A stretch of 64,000 nt of DNA. Source: Lama glama (taxonomy: Eukaryota). The notes under the pieces were generated by a model. The model saw only the letters and a program-made list of their open reading frames with translations, ran no database searches and was not told the origin of the DNA. The DNA lies in contig CM052817.1 of the NCBI GenBank assembly GCA_028534125.1, forward strand, positions 28,832,001 through 28,896,000, written 5' to 3'. Each line of letters begins with the position of its first letter. Position 1 is the first letter of the stretch. A program made the translations under genes and the position numbers. Below are positions 1 to 14,365 of the stretch, piece by piece.

Positions 1-786
1 AGGTAAGGTCTAACATCCCCTGATATGGTTGAAACCATGGCTATTGCTGGTTAATCACTTTCAGGGAAAAAAACAAAAAAACTACTTCACCATTATAGGC
101 TTTCTATCTTATCATTAAAAATATAAACTCTGAAATGTTACAGTTACTAGTCTTACACTGACTGTACTATAAAGCGAGTGATCAGATTCACAAAGAATTC
201 AACATAATTAATTACCATCGATGTGCAAAGACACTGCAAATATGATTAATGACATGTTTCAATTAGTAATCCTATTTTAATTTCAGAAAATCTTTTGATC
301 TCATCAGTCCAGTGTTGTCAGGAATTTGTTTTTCTTTTTTCTGGTGTATTCTTGTGTATGTAATTATATATGAGTCAATTATTTTCTGGATTTGGCAGAA
401 AAGATTAGCTCTGAGAAACCTTCCCTACTGAATTGAATGTAAAGAATAGATCACATCATTGGTTTTCTAAAACAGAGCTATTCTATACTCATCATTCGCG
501 CACTTTTACACCCCTGATTCCTCATTCCTTTGTATTATTTTCATACAGGTCTGAGTTTCAGGTTTGGTGATTTGTCTTAAGATAAATAATTTTCTAAGAT
601 CTCTTCTTTACAAACCCAGTTACACCCTCACATTCTTCCATAAATAAGGTTCCAATCAATCTCTTAAATCACAGACATAAAAAGCCTTTTGTTCCAATAT
701 CCTGTCTCCATCATTTTCCTCCTCCAAAATTTTAAAAATTATTTTACATCCAGCTTAAATGATAATAAGGCCAGTATCTACTATAA

Positions 787-1008
<222 letters not shown>

Positions 1009-1078
1009 TAAGCTACCCAGATAGCATATTCATTGTATTTTGATTTTTGTGTTTGTTAAAATAAAAAAAAAAATTCTC

Positions 1079-1138
1079 CCAGGAATGTATTGGATTCTGT
1101 ATGTAAATCCAGGAATGTATTGGATTCCATATGTAAAT
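1079..1138. repeat. 30-bp tandem duplication (2 copies)
   Basis: ccaggaatgtattggattc(tg/ca)tatgtaaat at 1079-1108 and 1109-1138; 28/30 identical. Confidence 0.95.
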
Positions 1139-3299
1139 ACAGATTTCCAGGACTTCATTGTGATTGACACGAGAGAATGTAATGTAAATAAACTTTATCA
1201 GCATAAAAAAAAAAAAAGCCCACCTCCAAATTACTTTCCATAATAGGAGGAGCTCCTTTCACCACAAAGGTAGATAATCTTCCCGTCTACACATTACATC
1301 CATACCAGTCAGATGGAAATGAAAACTGCTAATTCCACCTCAAATTATATTTACATATAGCAAATATAAAACTATTCACATTAACTTTAAAGAAGTTAGA
1401 TTTTGAAATCCATGGGTCACCAACATATACCACAGTGTGTCCATCACCCATCCCCTTCGCCAATCAGATGAAAACCTGTCATTACAATGTTGCAGCCCAA
1501 GTGAGACATACGGTATTTAACATCCAACAAAATGTGGCATTACCAAACAAATCCAAAGGGAGGGGATTAAAATAAATGTGCTCTAAAGTATGAACCTGAG
1601 ATGCAAGTAATTCAGGGTCTGCAAAACAAAAGGCCAAGATAATTTATTTACATCTCTAAACCCCTAACTTGAATTTTAAAAGCTGAACGCTTTATTTTTA
1701 TTCTTCCTGGTTTCCTCATTGGCGTTCTGTAATCTCATGTCTCCTCACAGAGGATAGTTAACTGGGCGGATCTAAGTGCCCTGATTTAAGGACACCTGTG
1801 GTCAAAGAGCTCACTAAATTTTTTTTTTTTTGAGATACCTATCAGAAATAAAGGATCACAAGTATTCTGTCTATTATTTTCCCCTCTCAGCTCCAAAACC
1901 CACTTCTCTTTTGAGTTTTAGGCGTTTTGATTTATGGCTTTTTAAAAGTTAGATAAAATGTACCTGTGGGGATAGATGTATTTTCAGATTTTGAAGTAGT
2001 TAAATCTTGGGAGAGCTCGAAAGATTTTTCACATGATATATTTAGCTCTTTGGGAGCTCTCTGAGAGTGGAGGGGTATTTTATTTATCTTTGTTTCTCAA
2101 AATACATTTAGATGTGAGCAAGTGTGGAGGGTTCTAAGCCAGATGACTCACTTGACTGAACTCTTAAATTGAACTGACTAGACTCTAATTGCATTTGCAA
2201 ACAGAAAGGCCACTCAAGTCAGGACCTGAATCACTGGAGATCAATAATTGGTTGTTTTTTTAGGGTACAACAAATATATATGATTAATATTGGTGTTGTC
2301 TTTTTCTTCTTTGCAGTGGTTCACTCATTTTTCAGTGCAATAGTAAATGAAAATTATCCCAGGTATAAAGCTTTAAAAATAACAATAGAAAAGATGGCAC
2401 TACATATGAATACAGAACTAACAACAAAATCATTTTGATGCATCTGGAAAGTAAAGTTTAAAATGTACATGGATGTATGAAGAAAGCATCACTTCTATCC
2501 TATCCTCTGCGGCTTTTAAGACTGAAGTTTGCTGTGCATCCCTTTACAACGTTCTTTATACATAAATATGTGTTTCTATACGTACACATCGTAAAACTGA
2601 TTATTGGATTCTTTTGCTTGTTGGTGGTGTTTTATATATGCAATGATGTTAGTGGGACAAACAAGTTTGTTCAATGAATAATCCAGATACTGCTCTGAAA
2701 TTGCCTGGTAAGAGCTAGCTGCATCAGAGTCTTCCTCCTCTCCCAAAAAGGGGTGCTGTGTGATAATCTTCATTTTACCCAAAGCCTCCAGTTGGGGAAG
2801 TCGAGTAATAGCTCTTATTTTCTCAATTACATAAACTATATGTTCTTTTAAACTGATCTAAGCAGTGAAATGTGCATTGAATAAGAGATGAATCCTGCTT
2901 CCTTCACTGGTGCAAACCCCAATCCTCAGGAGTCATCAGTGACACTTTGGTGCGTATTACACCAGATATCGTCTATGCATATATAAGCACATGCATCTCT
3001 ATGTATATTTACATACGTATACACTAGGGACTGCATTCTATGTTCTGTGACTTACTTATGTGACTTATTAGATTGTGGCTATATTTAACTATCAGCTCAT
3101 AGCTATTTAGGCTATGCTTTGTAATGGCATCATATTCCATCGTATAAATATATCATGAGTAAATCATTTAAAATTTACATTTAAATGCTTATTATAGAAA
3201 TAATTCAAGGGAACTATGAAAAAAGTAATAAAAATAAAATTAAAGACGTAAAATTTTCCTTCTTTACTCCAGAATCAACCACATTTAGTTTTTTTTTTT

Positions 3300-5260
3300 T
3301 TTAACGTTTTAGGATGTCTGGAGGTTGTTGCCAAGTATTACACTTAGAATTGTATTATAGAATTCACCAACTTCAGATCTCTATTACTTCTCACCTATAA
3401 AAGATGAAAAATTTAAGAAGTTTATGCAACCTCTCATTTCTCTTGCCCTCTACGTCCACATCTTTGTTAGTTAATAATTTTAATTTCTTCTAGAGTTTGC
3501 ATTTTTATTTGTTACAGATCATAATCTCTTTTTTCTAGAATTATCATTTTTAATATTATTTATCTTCCCCTGAGTTAAAAAAGAGGAAACTAGCTACTTA
3601 GAGTCTGTCCATCTTTTCTTCCACTTCTCAAAACTTTTTGGTATAAATTATTATTTTTTTATTATTAAGGCCTATAAATTTTGCATTCACTTCTATATAT
3701 ATAAATTCTAAAGGTAATTTTCTTTATTTCTATAGTTTAATACTAAAAAAATGTTTAACCATTGTACAGAGTTTACTACATGATTATATAAGCATTATAT
3801 AATACCATAGAATCAAAAAGTGGGATTGAACTCATAGAGATGTAAGAATATATCATTTAAATTCTTGTTAGTAGCTGTCTTCCTCATAAGACTATTTTTG
3901 CATTTCATATTGCCTCCCTTTCCCACCTTTTGCGGGGAGGTTGTTCTTTTAATTTTCTGGAATACTTTCTCAAGTGTTTTTTATTTTCCATAAAGTAAAT
4001 ATGCATAGTAAAAATTCTAAGTCATTCTATTTATTAAAAAGCATGTATTTTAAAAAAATAAGCCAGAAAGAGAAAGAAAAATACCATGAGATCGCTCATA
4101 TGTGAATCTAAAAAAAAAATAATAATAATAAAATAAATACAAAACAGAAACAGACTCACAGACATAGACTACAAACCTGTGGTTGCCAAGGAGGAGAGAG
4201 GTGGGAAGGGACAGACTGGTAGTTCAAAATTGGTAGATACTGACAGGCATATACAGAAGAGATAAACAAAATTACACTGTATGCAGAGGACAATATATAC
4301 AAGATCTTGTAGCTCACAGTAAAAATAAAAGGTGACAATGAATATGTATGTTCATGTATAACTGTAAAATTGTGCTTTACGCTGGAATTTGACATAACTT
4401 TGTAAAATGACTATAACTCAACAAAAAATGTAAAAAAAAAAAAAGCATGTATTTCAACTTCACATTTGACTGATAATAGTCCCAGATACATAACCCTCGG
4501 TTCAAAACATTCTCCCTGAGACTCAGGAAGCCACTGTTCTAGGGTCCAGTGTTGTGGATGAGAAGTCTGATGTCTTCCTGAGTCCTGATTCTTTGAAATC
4601 AACATAAATCTGACATAATTGTTTTATTTTATTTCTTTCCAGATGATTTTAGGATTTTCTCCTTAACCTTAATATTCTAAAATTTTACTGTTTTGGTTCT
4701 TTTCATTCTTGCACAGCAATTAAACACCTGATTTATTTTTACCCCTGTATTCAGAACATCGGATAAGGCAAATCAGTGTCTCTCTAGTCTCCCTCTAAAA
4801 CTCCTTTTGGACATGTACTGAGCTTTTCTGATTCCATTTTCTTTAATTGAATTTTCCTCGTACTTTTGATCTCTGTTTCTTTTTTGTCTAAATTCTGTCA
4901 GATTCCTTTATGTTTTTCCAGATGATTTTTTGCTCTTAAGATAATTTCTCCCCCCAGTACACTTTAACTATATTATTTTTTACCATTCAGACTTTGTCTT
5001 TTTTATTTCCATACTTACTTATATTTAAAATTTAAAATGAATCATTCTAATAGTTTAATTTTCACCTAAATCTTTTATAAGGACAATTACATTTATCTTT
5101 AAGTTTTCTTTTGTTCTCTGAATTATCTCTAATCCCACATGGCTGTTTTTTCTTTTAGTTTATCTTGGTTCTTTTCTTCTCTTCCATAATGTTGATTTTT
5201 TTCAGATGTCATATGTTCAACAATAAATATAAAGGAAATACTATGTGAGCTAGTATATGT
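3300..5260 (-). mobile_element. Ancient, decayed L1M/HAL1-like fragment (ORF1-type region), interrupted by a young L1
   Basis: T-rich + strand with motifs such as 'tccagtgttgtggatgagaagtctgatg' that resemble the reverse complement of HAL1/L1ME ORF1. Recognised from memory; boundaries approximate. Confidence 0.5.
4051..4439 (+). mobile_element. Young camelid-type L1, 5'-truncated (3'UTR plus poly-A)
   Basis: L1 3' end ('ataagccagaaagagaaagaaaaataccat...ctataactcaacaaaaaatgt' plus A tail). Perfect 15-bp TSD aaaaagcatgtattt at 4036-4050 and 4440-4454, at a TT/AAAA endonuclease site. Confidence 0.93.
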
Positions 5261-5528
5261 GGCTAAGATTTGTTTTCTCCCCTGTAATATAGGTCTCTTC
5301 TAGGCAATATCTCTCTTTAATGAAAGATCAACTGGAATGTTTAATATAAATATTTGGGCATGTCAACAGGTAATCCTGCTATAGGCTACACAGATAAGAA
5401 ACGGGAAGCTAGACATCTACTCTGCCAGTATGAGGAGTAAGTAATTTGACAGTGAAGATAATCCTTTTACTACTGAATGAAACTATATGTATTTTCATTT
5501 CTCTCCTTGGTTTTCTGTGGGTCTAGAG

Positions 5529-5710
5529 CGTGGGTTGACGTATATAACACAATGTCAATGGGACACAGCCGTGCTCATCAGTTTATGTTCTGTCTATAGC
5601 CGCTTTTATGCTATGACAGAACTGAGTAGTTGCAACAGAAAGTTATAAGGTCTGTAAAGCCTAAAATAGTTACTATGAAGTCCTTTGTTGAGAAAGTTTG
5701 GCAACTCCTC
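5529..5710 (+). mobile_element. MER58A-like hAT-Charlie DNA transposon remnant
   Basis: 'ggacacagccgtgctcatcagtttatg...gagtagttgcaacag...aaagcctaaaatagttactat...aaagtttggcaactcct' follows the MER58A consensus; the 5' part is shortened. Confidence 0.8.
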
Positions 5711-6259
5711 ACCTAGGGTATCAGTATCCTCAAGCCCCATGCTACTTCTTTCTCATCCTCAAAACTCACTAGCAGTTGTGCTCAGGTAGATTATGTTCTG
5801 GGTTTAGGAAAGAATTCTCAGTATTTATCTTTATGTCAAAAGTTCCAATTGTTAGTTACTTAGTTTAGAATAGGAAGAGGGAAGAAAGGCATCTGTCTCA
5901 GGTATTCTAAAGGTGTTTACTAACTTAATTACCTGGTTGGTTCCTACTGCCCTTCGACTTTGTTGACTTGGAACTTGGAGCATCTCTGGACTTCCTTGCA
6001 AAGCCCCTGCTCATCCTGGATGTCTGTAGGATATTCTATATTACTCTTATGCTGTCTGCTTTCTATATCCCAACTTTATGAAATTTCTGATTCATTGTTG
6101 ACATAAATTATTTCTTATTTATTATCATTGTAATTGTACCCTATCTTCTGTTTCCATGAAATTTCCGATTGGTCTAAGAAAACTTCTGAAATAGGTAAGC
6201 TGGATTCTTGTGCTCAAGCTGTCATCTCGCACATGAAACTCCACAAGAAGAAAGTTTTA

Positions 6260-6860
6260 CAGAAAGTAATAATCAATACTACTAAATACTGCTGAGAATT
6301 CAAGTGAGATGTGGGTGTAAAAGTGGCTCTAGATATAGAAACAAGGATGTCATTGGTTACCTTGGAGACTGCAGGTTAAGTGGAATAGTGAGGGAAGAGG
6401 GCAGAGAGCAAAAGTTTGGGGAATGATTGTGATTTGAAGAAACAGCTACAGTGCACATATACAACTTTCTGGTGTTTGATTGTGAAGGAGAAGAGAGATA
6501 TAGGTCAGTATGTGGCTAGAAATCTGTGATTAAATTGTGGAGTTTGGAATTTTACTGTTGTTGCTTTTTCTTTATAAGATAGAAGTGAATATATCAAATT
6601 TAAAATTTGGTGGAAGAAATTTTGAGACAAAAAGACATTTTATTTGAAGAAAGAGGGAAGGAGATGGTATAATTTATGAAATGTGTCCTTGAAGAGGCAG
6701 AAAAGGATAGAATCCCAGGTACAGATGGAAGAATTCACTTTAGATAAGATGGCAGACAGGAGAGGAGGGAGGGACAGGTGGGGATACAGTCTAGAAATGA
6801 ATAGCAGTAAGTTGCAAAGGTTTTCATCCTTATCGCTTTTATTTTCATACTTTATGTGTC
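6260..6860 (-). mobile_element. L2 LINE fragment
   Basis: Purine-rich 'gctgagaattcaagtgagatg...tcattggttaccttgg...tgtgaaggagaagagagata', typical of antisense L2. Confidence 0.7.
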
Positions 6861-7322
6861 AGCTAGCCTAGGAAATTCAGAGAAGGTTGGAAGAGCTGCC
6901 ATTCGTAATGGAAGAGAAAGAGTTGGATAACACTGGAGTACTGAGCAAGTATTAAGGATCCAATCGAAGAGGGCTACCATTCTTTTGTAGTGACACTAGC
7001 TTCAGTTTGTAATTTTCTATAACAGCTTCCCACAATCTCAATAAGGGTGCAGAAGAAGCCCACAGCTAGATTTATCTCAAGTTATGGTTTTATCCAGTAA
7101 GGAATTGTGAAATTAGCAAAAGATTAATTGAAATTTGACCATGACATTTAAGATGACTAGGAAGGAAGCAAAAACAGGAGGTGACTGAAAGAAAATATAA
7201 AGGATATAGGGACTGTGTACTATTGTGGTTAAAAATGCAAGATAGTATAAAAACATGGAGTGAGAAACTTGCAAGTAAAATGTTATGACAAGAGAGTGAA
7301 TCTTTAAATTTAAAACAATAGA

Positions 7323-7449
7323 GGGGAGGGTATAGCTCAAGTGGTAGAGCACATGCTTAGCATACACAAGGTCCTGGGTTCAACCCCCGTACCTCCTCTA
7401 AAAATAAATAAGCAAACCTAATTACCTACAACTCCACCCAAAATAAAAT
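7323..7449 (+). mobile_element. tRNA-derived camelid SINE (Vic-1-like)
   Basis: ggggagggtatagctcaagtggtagagc (A box) ... ggttcaacccc (B box), 'aaacctaattacc' tail motif and A-rich end. TSD aaaa(c/t)aatagag at 7312-7323 and 7450-7461. Confidence 0.92.
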
Positions 7450-8884
7450 AAAATAATAGAGATAAAGGAATCCTATGCCATGGTCCATTCCTCTTGCAGT
7501 TATGGAAATAAATTTCTAATTAAATTCTCACTTCAAATTAAAGAATATTCATTAATTTCTCTTAAAGGTGAGAAAATCAAGTCTGAGAACAGTAACTTGC
7601 AGAAAGTTACACAATGCCAAAAAGTGATGGATCTGAAATGTGAAAAGTATAGATGTTTGTAAAGTCAATCCTATATTCGTCATGCTTTCCCTGTATCTCA
7701 GTGATACTTCCAATGAGAAGGGGACCAGGAAAGAATGAGTTTTATGCCCTGTTCCCATGGACCATCAACTCCTGGAGCAAGTTACTCTTAACCAGTCTTG
7801 TATTTCCTATCCATCCTTTCATACACAATTTCACATAAAGAAAAAATTGGGCACGCCAGATCTGGAGGGAACTTTTTATTTGCAACTAGGTTTTTAAAAA
7901 GTCACTTAGAAAAGGATATTTCAGAATTTTCTTCAATAGAAATCTCACTTTAGATTCTGGCATTGCCTTAAATTATAAGAATACATGTTATGATTCAGAT
8001 ATACAGCTGTATCTAGTCACCAGTATTTTTCCCCTGCAAATATTATGAAATAAGGCTTCATACGTTTTGGTAGTGTAAAGAGAATCACTGAAAAATAGAC
8101 CTTGCCTAATAAAGCATTTTTATTTTGGAAGCATAATTACTGCCTTAGATGACTCTGCTAGAATTCACTTCTGGGAAAGGTTTGGAAAATGAGACACTGG
8201 GATGCACAACAGTCAAGCAGCAGTTGTGTGTGAGAAAATGGAGACAATGTTATGAATCTGTAATAAATCCCTCTGCAATGGTGACTGGAAAGATGGAAGA
8301 GAGTGAAATGAAGCAAAACCCATGTTTTATTCCCAGTTCTAAGAAACGCCTCTTTGCTAATGTACTTTGTTTGTTGGAGACATTTTAAGAAGGCAAAGCA
8401 AAAGGACAACAAGATTAGAGCGGCAGGAGAAGCTTGATGGTGGAGCCAGGAGCCTCCCCAAATGGGCTTCCCGTGCGGATCTGCATGTGCTGCTCTCTTC
8501 ATTCCTAGAACCCATTCCTTGCAATGCACATGCTCCATTTGTTCAGCAGTTTTTCTTCCAAAAGTGTCATTTGCTCCCAGCAGCTTTCATCAACCACTCC
8601 AGGTAAATGCTTCTTACCCTGTTTCGCCTATCACTTTACTCTGTACATTTCCTTCAAATTTATCCTCATACCTGCTTTACTTGTACTTTTTATTCTCACT
8701 TTCTCTGTCCTCTCTTTCACCCCCATGTTTAGTGTATGAGCAGTCAGATCAGGACGCATGCGAGTTTATGTACAATTGTCGCCATGAACCTCATACACAG
8801 CACCCACTTGACTATCCTTTGCTGATTTCCTTAACCTGCCATCCTCATCTTTCTGACAACAGTGTTAAGACTGTCACTCAAGAC

Positions 8885-9170
8885 TGTGTTTGAGTGCAAT
8901 CAACAGACTCTACAGTGGCTTATTCAAAGGACAGAGTTGTTTTGCTTTGTTTTTTCACATGACTAAGTGCTCAGAGGTAAGCAGTAGTTCAGGTAAGGTG
9001 TAACAACTCCACATTACCATTGCCCTAAAATCCTTTGACTTCTCTGTTTTCCCAGCCTTAGCATCCTGCAAAAGAGGTTGGAAAATGTGAGGGTTTTTTG
9101 TTTGTTTGTTGGAAATATTATAAAATAAATCAATGTTCTGTTAATAAGAAAGAAGCCTGGGCAGAGAATT
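8885..9170 (-). mobile_element. MLT1 (MaLR) LTR remnant, old J/K/L-like, internally deleted
   Basis: 'tgcaatcaacagactctacagtggctta...tttcacatgactaagtgctcagaggtaagcag' and 'ggttggaaaatgtga...gttctgttaataagaaagaag' resemble antisense old MLT1 ends. Confidence 0.5.
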
Positions 9171-10084
9171 AATAGTCCCATATATACAGTAGAAGGGCCT
9201 CTTTATTGATAAATAACGGCACCCAAAATCATCATCACATGATCTACATCACCCCAGCAGGCATAATCAGACATGGAGAATGTTCTACACAGGATGCACA
9301 ATCTTCATCAGAGAAGGTCTAGAGAGCACTGAGTTAAAATGAAGAGAGACAGATAAATGAAACAAACATGTATTGGCAGGATAAGACAGACCGATGTATA
9401 CATATTCACTTTAGGGATGGCTTGTCCACTAAGATAGAAATATTCAAGCTTTGCTGAAAAAGACATCTTCTTCTCCAGACCATATATGGATTGACAGACA
9501 ACTGTTAATTCTGGGATCCTCTCTTGTCTATACTTCATTTTCGGACTAAATCCTTTCTTAAGGGCATAGTCTTTCTTTTGACATTGTGCTATATTAAATT
9601 AGATTAAATTTAGTTTTATAGCTCAAGAAGCTAGTATATCTCTTTAAGGCAACTCGGCATATCTCTGATCTATCTATTCTGTGTTGACTTCACAATTTAA
9701 CCCTCAGAAAACAATTTTTTTCCATTTTTTTCCAAGTGCTCCTGGACACTTCAGCATAGTCATAAAATACTTACAAGCACATATGTAATGACAATACTTA
9801 GTGTGCAGTCTTAAAACTGACCAATACACTTTCATCATAAAATATCTTTCAGTTTATTTAATTTTTCCTTCAGTTGTCCCTTAGGTTGGATAATTGTCCC
9901 CAGTAGTATTTTAGAAATAAGGATTCTTCTGCTAATGCCCAATATTGATATTGGCTTCCCCCTGGAGACTTTTTGTGAATGTATTATTTTCTTAACCTAA
10001 GAATTGTTAACATTTCTGAATGCTTGGTTGCTTAGCATCCACCAACACATTGTCAATTTTTTCTCTTTTTCAGTGCAAGGATTT

Positions 10085-10180
10085 GGAATCTCAATGGTCC
10101 AATCTGAGGCTGGCTTGACATTACTAACTGTGATGTTAGGCAACTCATTTGACATCCCTGCAACTTCATCTTCACCATCC
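10085..10180 (+). mobile_element. MIR core fragment
   Basis: 'cattactaactgtgatgttaggcaactcatttgacatccctgcaacttcatcttcaccatc' aligns by eye with the MIR core (cacttactagctgtgtgaccttgggcaagttacttaacctctctg...). Confidence 0.55.
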
Positions 10181-12629
10181 AATGATATTTTGGCCAAGCC
10201 TATCATACACAATTATTTTAAAAATCAGATTACATAGGATGAGAAGGAATCATCTTGGTTAAAGCTAGGATTTCTAACTGTTGCTTAACTCTAAATTTCT
10301 ATAATTCTGGAAAAAGAACTTAAAATACAGTTGTCTGTTTGAATATATCTAATGCAGATATCTGGCCAAAACTGCTTCCTTGGAGGGTCACAGGGAGTTT
10401 GGATGTATAAGCTGAGATACCGCAGAGGTGTGTATGTAGGGCCCCTGGAAAGATAGGAGGAAGCCAAGGTGAAGAGAATGTTATAAAACTCCAGGTGGGG
10501 GGCTGGCTGAAAGGACGAGCTCTCCTGGCACAGCCATGGTCTAGAACAGACTCTGAAGCTTTTTATAATACTAAATTTTCACCTGGCTTTCTAGCTTTAT
10601 AGGAAAATAAGGTAGTCAACTTCTAGAAATAAAACCTGTTTTATTTACTAATGTGCTAGACAACTTTTAGCATTCATACATATAGTGCATATCCTTGCCC
10701 CAGATCTGCAAATGTTAGCAGCTGGCTTAAGTCTTAATAATCTCTTCCCATAGTTAGGAAATATTTATCTATAGCCCTACAGAAGGAGGTGTATCCTCAT
10801 TTCCTTAATTCATGGGGTATATAATCTTGTGCCTAGTGTTACAAGGCACAAGACATCCAAAACAGGGAAGGAAGAAACTTGTGCAGATACAAGGTACACA
10901 TTCATCTGCTTCAAAGGGTGGTGAGGTGGGAAAAATTCTAGATTCAATGCAAAATTTCTCAAAGTAGAATCTCTGAGTATAAAGGAAAAACAAAGGTGAA
11001 CAAGGCAGCCATTGTGCAAATGGCCAGATCTGAGATGTGACCTAAAACATTCAGTTTGGAATGCACATCCCTTGTATGCCATTGTTTCTTCTATGTTCAC
11101 AACTTTGTACTGTTTGGGGGTTTTGCTTGTTTCACGCATTCAGTAAATTGAGTATCTTCTATGGGTGATGAGCCTTTTGTACATTTTTAACATTCAACGC
11201 TTCATATTTTGGGTCATTTTTTACCTTCAGGAACAACAGCATGGCACCAATTACACTATGGTTAAACATGATTCTATTGGGGAGGGGAGAGGTTGGTAGC
11301 TGTCTACACCACCTGGATTAGTTTTTTTTTTCCTAAAAAAGGGGGATTCTATTTTGTGCCATATGCCTTTAAATTCTATGGGTTTAGAATTAGGATTAAA
11401 GCAGTGTGATTTAGTGAAAGTGGTTACTCAAAACCCTCTGTATATAAAAACCTCAGGTCTGTTTCCATAGATTTGACTTACAGGGTTTGGGACCTGAATT
11501 ACCAAGATAATTCCCTCCACTCTTCGTTGCATTTGTCTAAGCAATTTAAAACTTAAGCACCACTTTATTTTTCGCATTTCAGTTCATTTGTTTTGTTTGT
11601 TTGTTTCTGTATAAACAGGTTGTTTCTTCCTCGGCGTTACGCCCTAGCTGTTTGTCTAGTTAGCTTTCTCCCTACTTGTTATTTACTACGCAAGGCCACA
11701 GTTCAGGGTCCTGTCTTTCTAATATCTGCACAACTGAAAGCAAGCTGTTTTCCAGAAAGATTCCCAAGCAAGAGTAACAGGTATTCTGACAGCGAAATTA
11801 ACCACCTCATATTCCTCATCCCTTTATTCCTGCAAATAAGAAAACTAATCTTGTTATGTAAGAAGTCATTACTTCATCTGCTCATCAGCTGTTTCTGACA
11901 TGCTCCAGTTGGCTCTCAGTTTGGAAATAAAATTACACAAGGATGAAAATGAAACCTGTTTCAGAACATTTTCAAGGAAGATTTGTTCCTTTAATGGGCT
12001 CTCGGCCGAAAGATATGGTTTTTAATTTGTGAGAAAGTAAAAATGCAGTTCAAAGAAGTGAAGCATAAAAAGTCAGGGGTCAAAACTTTCTTATTTTTTT
12101 ATAGCAAGGAAGTTCAAACTCCATATGAAGTGAAATCACAACCACAATTTTTGCTGTGATTTACCTCTAACAGTTTGGGCAATTCATCAGAAGACAACTT
12201 AAAATTTAGTCTGGCTTTGATGTCAGTTTTTCATACATAGTAGTTTTAGAATCCAATTTTTTTTTCCCAAATAAGTATTAAGCACATTGACTTCAGTCTT
12301 ACTGTCTCTATTTTCTTATAATTATAGGTCTCTGTTTTACTTTTTCTGGCAAATAATATATTTCTCAATTAACACACGAAGGAATAAAGAACGTTTGCAC
12401 AATGTCCTCCACAGTTGCAAGAGATTTTATAAATATTGGAGCTGAGCGCAAACCCTCAGGATACAGTGAAATAATCAAGGATCGGAAAGAACACAAGAGT
12501 CTAAGATAAAGCTACTTATAATTATCATTAATATTATACTTACTGTTATTTTACTTAACTGCTTACAGAAGGTAGGAATTAAGACAATGCGGTCTCTGAA
12601 GATGAAGTTTCTTATACTCACATACTAAG

Positions 12630-12790
12630 TTCACCAAAACCTCGCTGTTCAGCTGTGTGGTCTTGGGCAAGTTACTCAACACATCTGTGCCTCAACAGCC
12701 TCAACTGTTGCCCGGGGCCAAGGATGGGAAGAGAGGATGAGTAAAGCAGGTCCTAACTCATACAGATGTCGTGAAGACTTAATGAATCAT
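12630..12790 (+). mobile_element. MIR fragment
   Basis: 'agctgtgtggtcttgggcaagttactcaacacatctgtgcctca' is the MIR core. Confidence 0.75.
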
Positions 12791-13865
12791 CACAAAAAGT
12801 TGTCACTTCCTGAGCACTTACTTCTCATCAGACACTATTTTAAGCAATTTATAATCCCCAAAGCTGGTAACTTGAAGAAGTTCTAAAATACTACACACAT
12901 TGGGAATTTATACACTCCTTCAGGGATACTTTTTTTTCTAAGAAAACAAAGTAATGTCATTATCTCATATCAAGAACTAATTTAACATTTCTCCTAATAC
13001 TAAGGTGTCCTATGTATTGTGTTCATTCTCAAATACAAAGACATGATAGTCAGATTTATTGTTTGTAGAAGGCACACTGCACAAAGACTCAACATAAAAA
13101 TAAACCGCATAGTTGCTAAATTTGTTGATGACAAGGGCGACAGTGATGTAATTGACTTATTTTTAAAGGATCTTTCATAACCCCGACTAAATGTTTTGTT
13201 CCTCTAGCAAATATACTTGAATTAGAAAGAGGCCTTTGTACAACTGAACTGCACGACCACTTTGTTAAGATACATTCTTTGACAAACCCAACGATGTGGC
13301 CTATTGCATATATCTTCTCTTAGTTTACAGCAATTTTGACTCTACGTGGAGGGCATCCATGAAATATACAGATATTGTCGAGCATAGTAAGTACTCGATA
13401 AAAATAATGTTAGATAACTTTTCATTAGGGACACAAGGCTGCTAACTACTCTGTGCTAGCAAAGACAATGAGAATCAAGCTGCTAAATAATCAGTGCCAT
13501 CCAGAGAACTGCTTTTAAGCTTCAGCGAATAACAGATGTGGCTGAACACAGCTAAGAGAAACGGTTCCAGCTTTTACTGAGTCGAACCTTAACTGCCCAC
13601 AAGTTACTTTGGAAAATCCATTAATCTTTAGAGAGCTCTGAGATTTACTTCATTATTGATGGTCAGTAGAAACTGAGTTTGTCTATCACTCCTTGGCAGC
13701 TAAGGAGAACAGTGCAGAGAAAAAGAGAAGTGGGTTCTGGTCCCCACTCTATAGCCACTTAGCTGATATATTGTGCAAGTCACTCATGATCCCGGGGCTT
13801 TTGTTTTTCTACGTACATATTGATACTAAAACACTTCTCTTAAGATCTTGCTAAATTTTGGATCA

Positions 13866-14365
13866 NNNNNNNNNNNNNNNNNNNNNNNNNNNNNNNNNNN
13901 NNNNNNNNNNNNNNNNNNNNNNNNNNNNNNNNNNNNNNNNNNNNNNNNNNNNNNNNNNNNNNNNNNNNNNNNNNNNNNNNNNNNNNNNNNNNNNNNNNNN
14001 NNNNNNNNNNNNNNNNNNNNNNNNNNNNNNNNNNNNNNNNNNNNNNNNNNNNNNNNNNNNNNNNNNNNNNNNNNNNNNNNNNNNNNNNNNNNNNNNNNNN
14101 NNNNNNNNNNNNNNNNNNNNNNNNNNNNNNNNNNNNNNNNNNNNNNNNNNNNNNNNNNNNNNNNNNNNNNNNNNNNNNNNNNNNNNNNNNNNNNNNNNNN
14201 NNNNNNNNNNNNNNNNNNNNNNNNNNNNNNNNNNNNNNNNNNNNNNNNNNNNNNNNNNNNNNNNNNNNNNNNNNNNNNNNNNNNNNNNNNNNNNNNNNNN
14301 NNNNNNNNNNNNNNNNNNNNNNNNNNNNNNNNNNNNNNNNNNNNNNNNNNNNNNNNNNNNNNNNN
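13866..14365. other. Assembly gap (500 N)
   Basis: Exactly 500 N. Confidence 1.

Noticed and set aside
7323..7396. tRNA-like sequence with A and B boxes (also at 32060-32140 and 42849-42920)
   Set aside because: These are SINE heads: each is followed by the same SINE tail, an A-rich end and TSDs. Not tRNA genes.
8149..8893. Cluster of overlapping ORFs up to 143 aa on both strands
   Set aside because: No recognisable domain, composition reflects low-complexity pyrimidine tracts, and there is no coherent acceptor/donor pair.
9997..10212. Protein-looking minus ORF (GLAKISLDGEDEVAGMSNELPNITVSN...)
   Set aside because: The core overlaps a decayed MIR, the acceptor is weak, and no protein is recognised.
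10461..10589. Imperfect inverted repeat (aagcca-ggtgaa...ttataaaa) suggesting a MITE
   Set aside because: Needs gaps and several mismatches, has no TSD, and matches no family I recognise.
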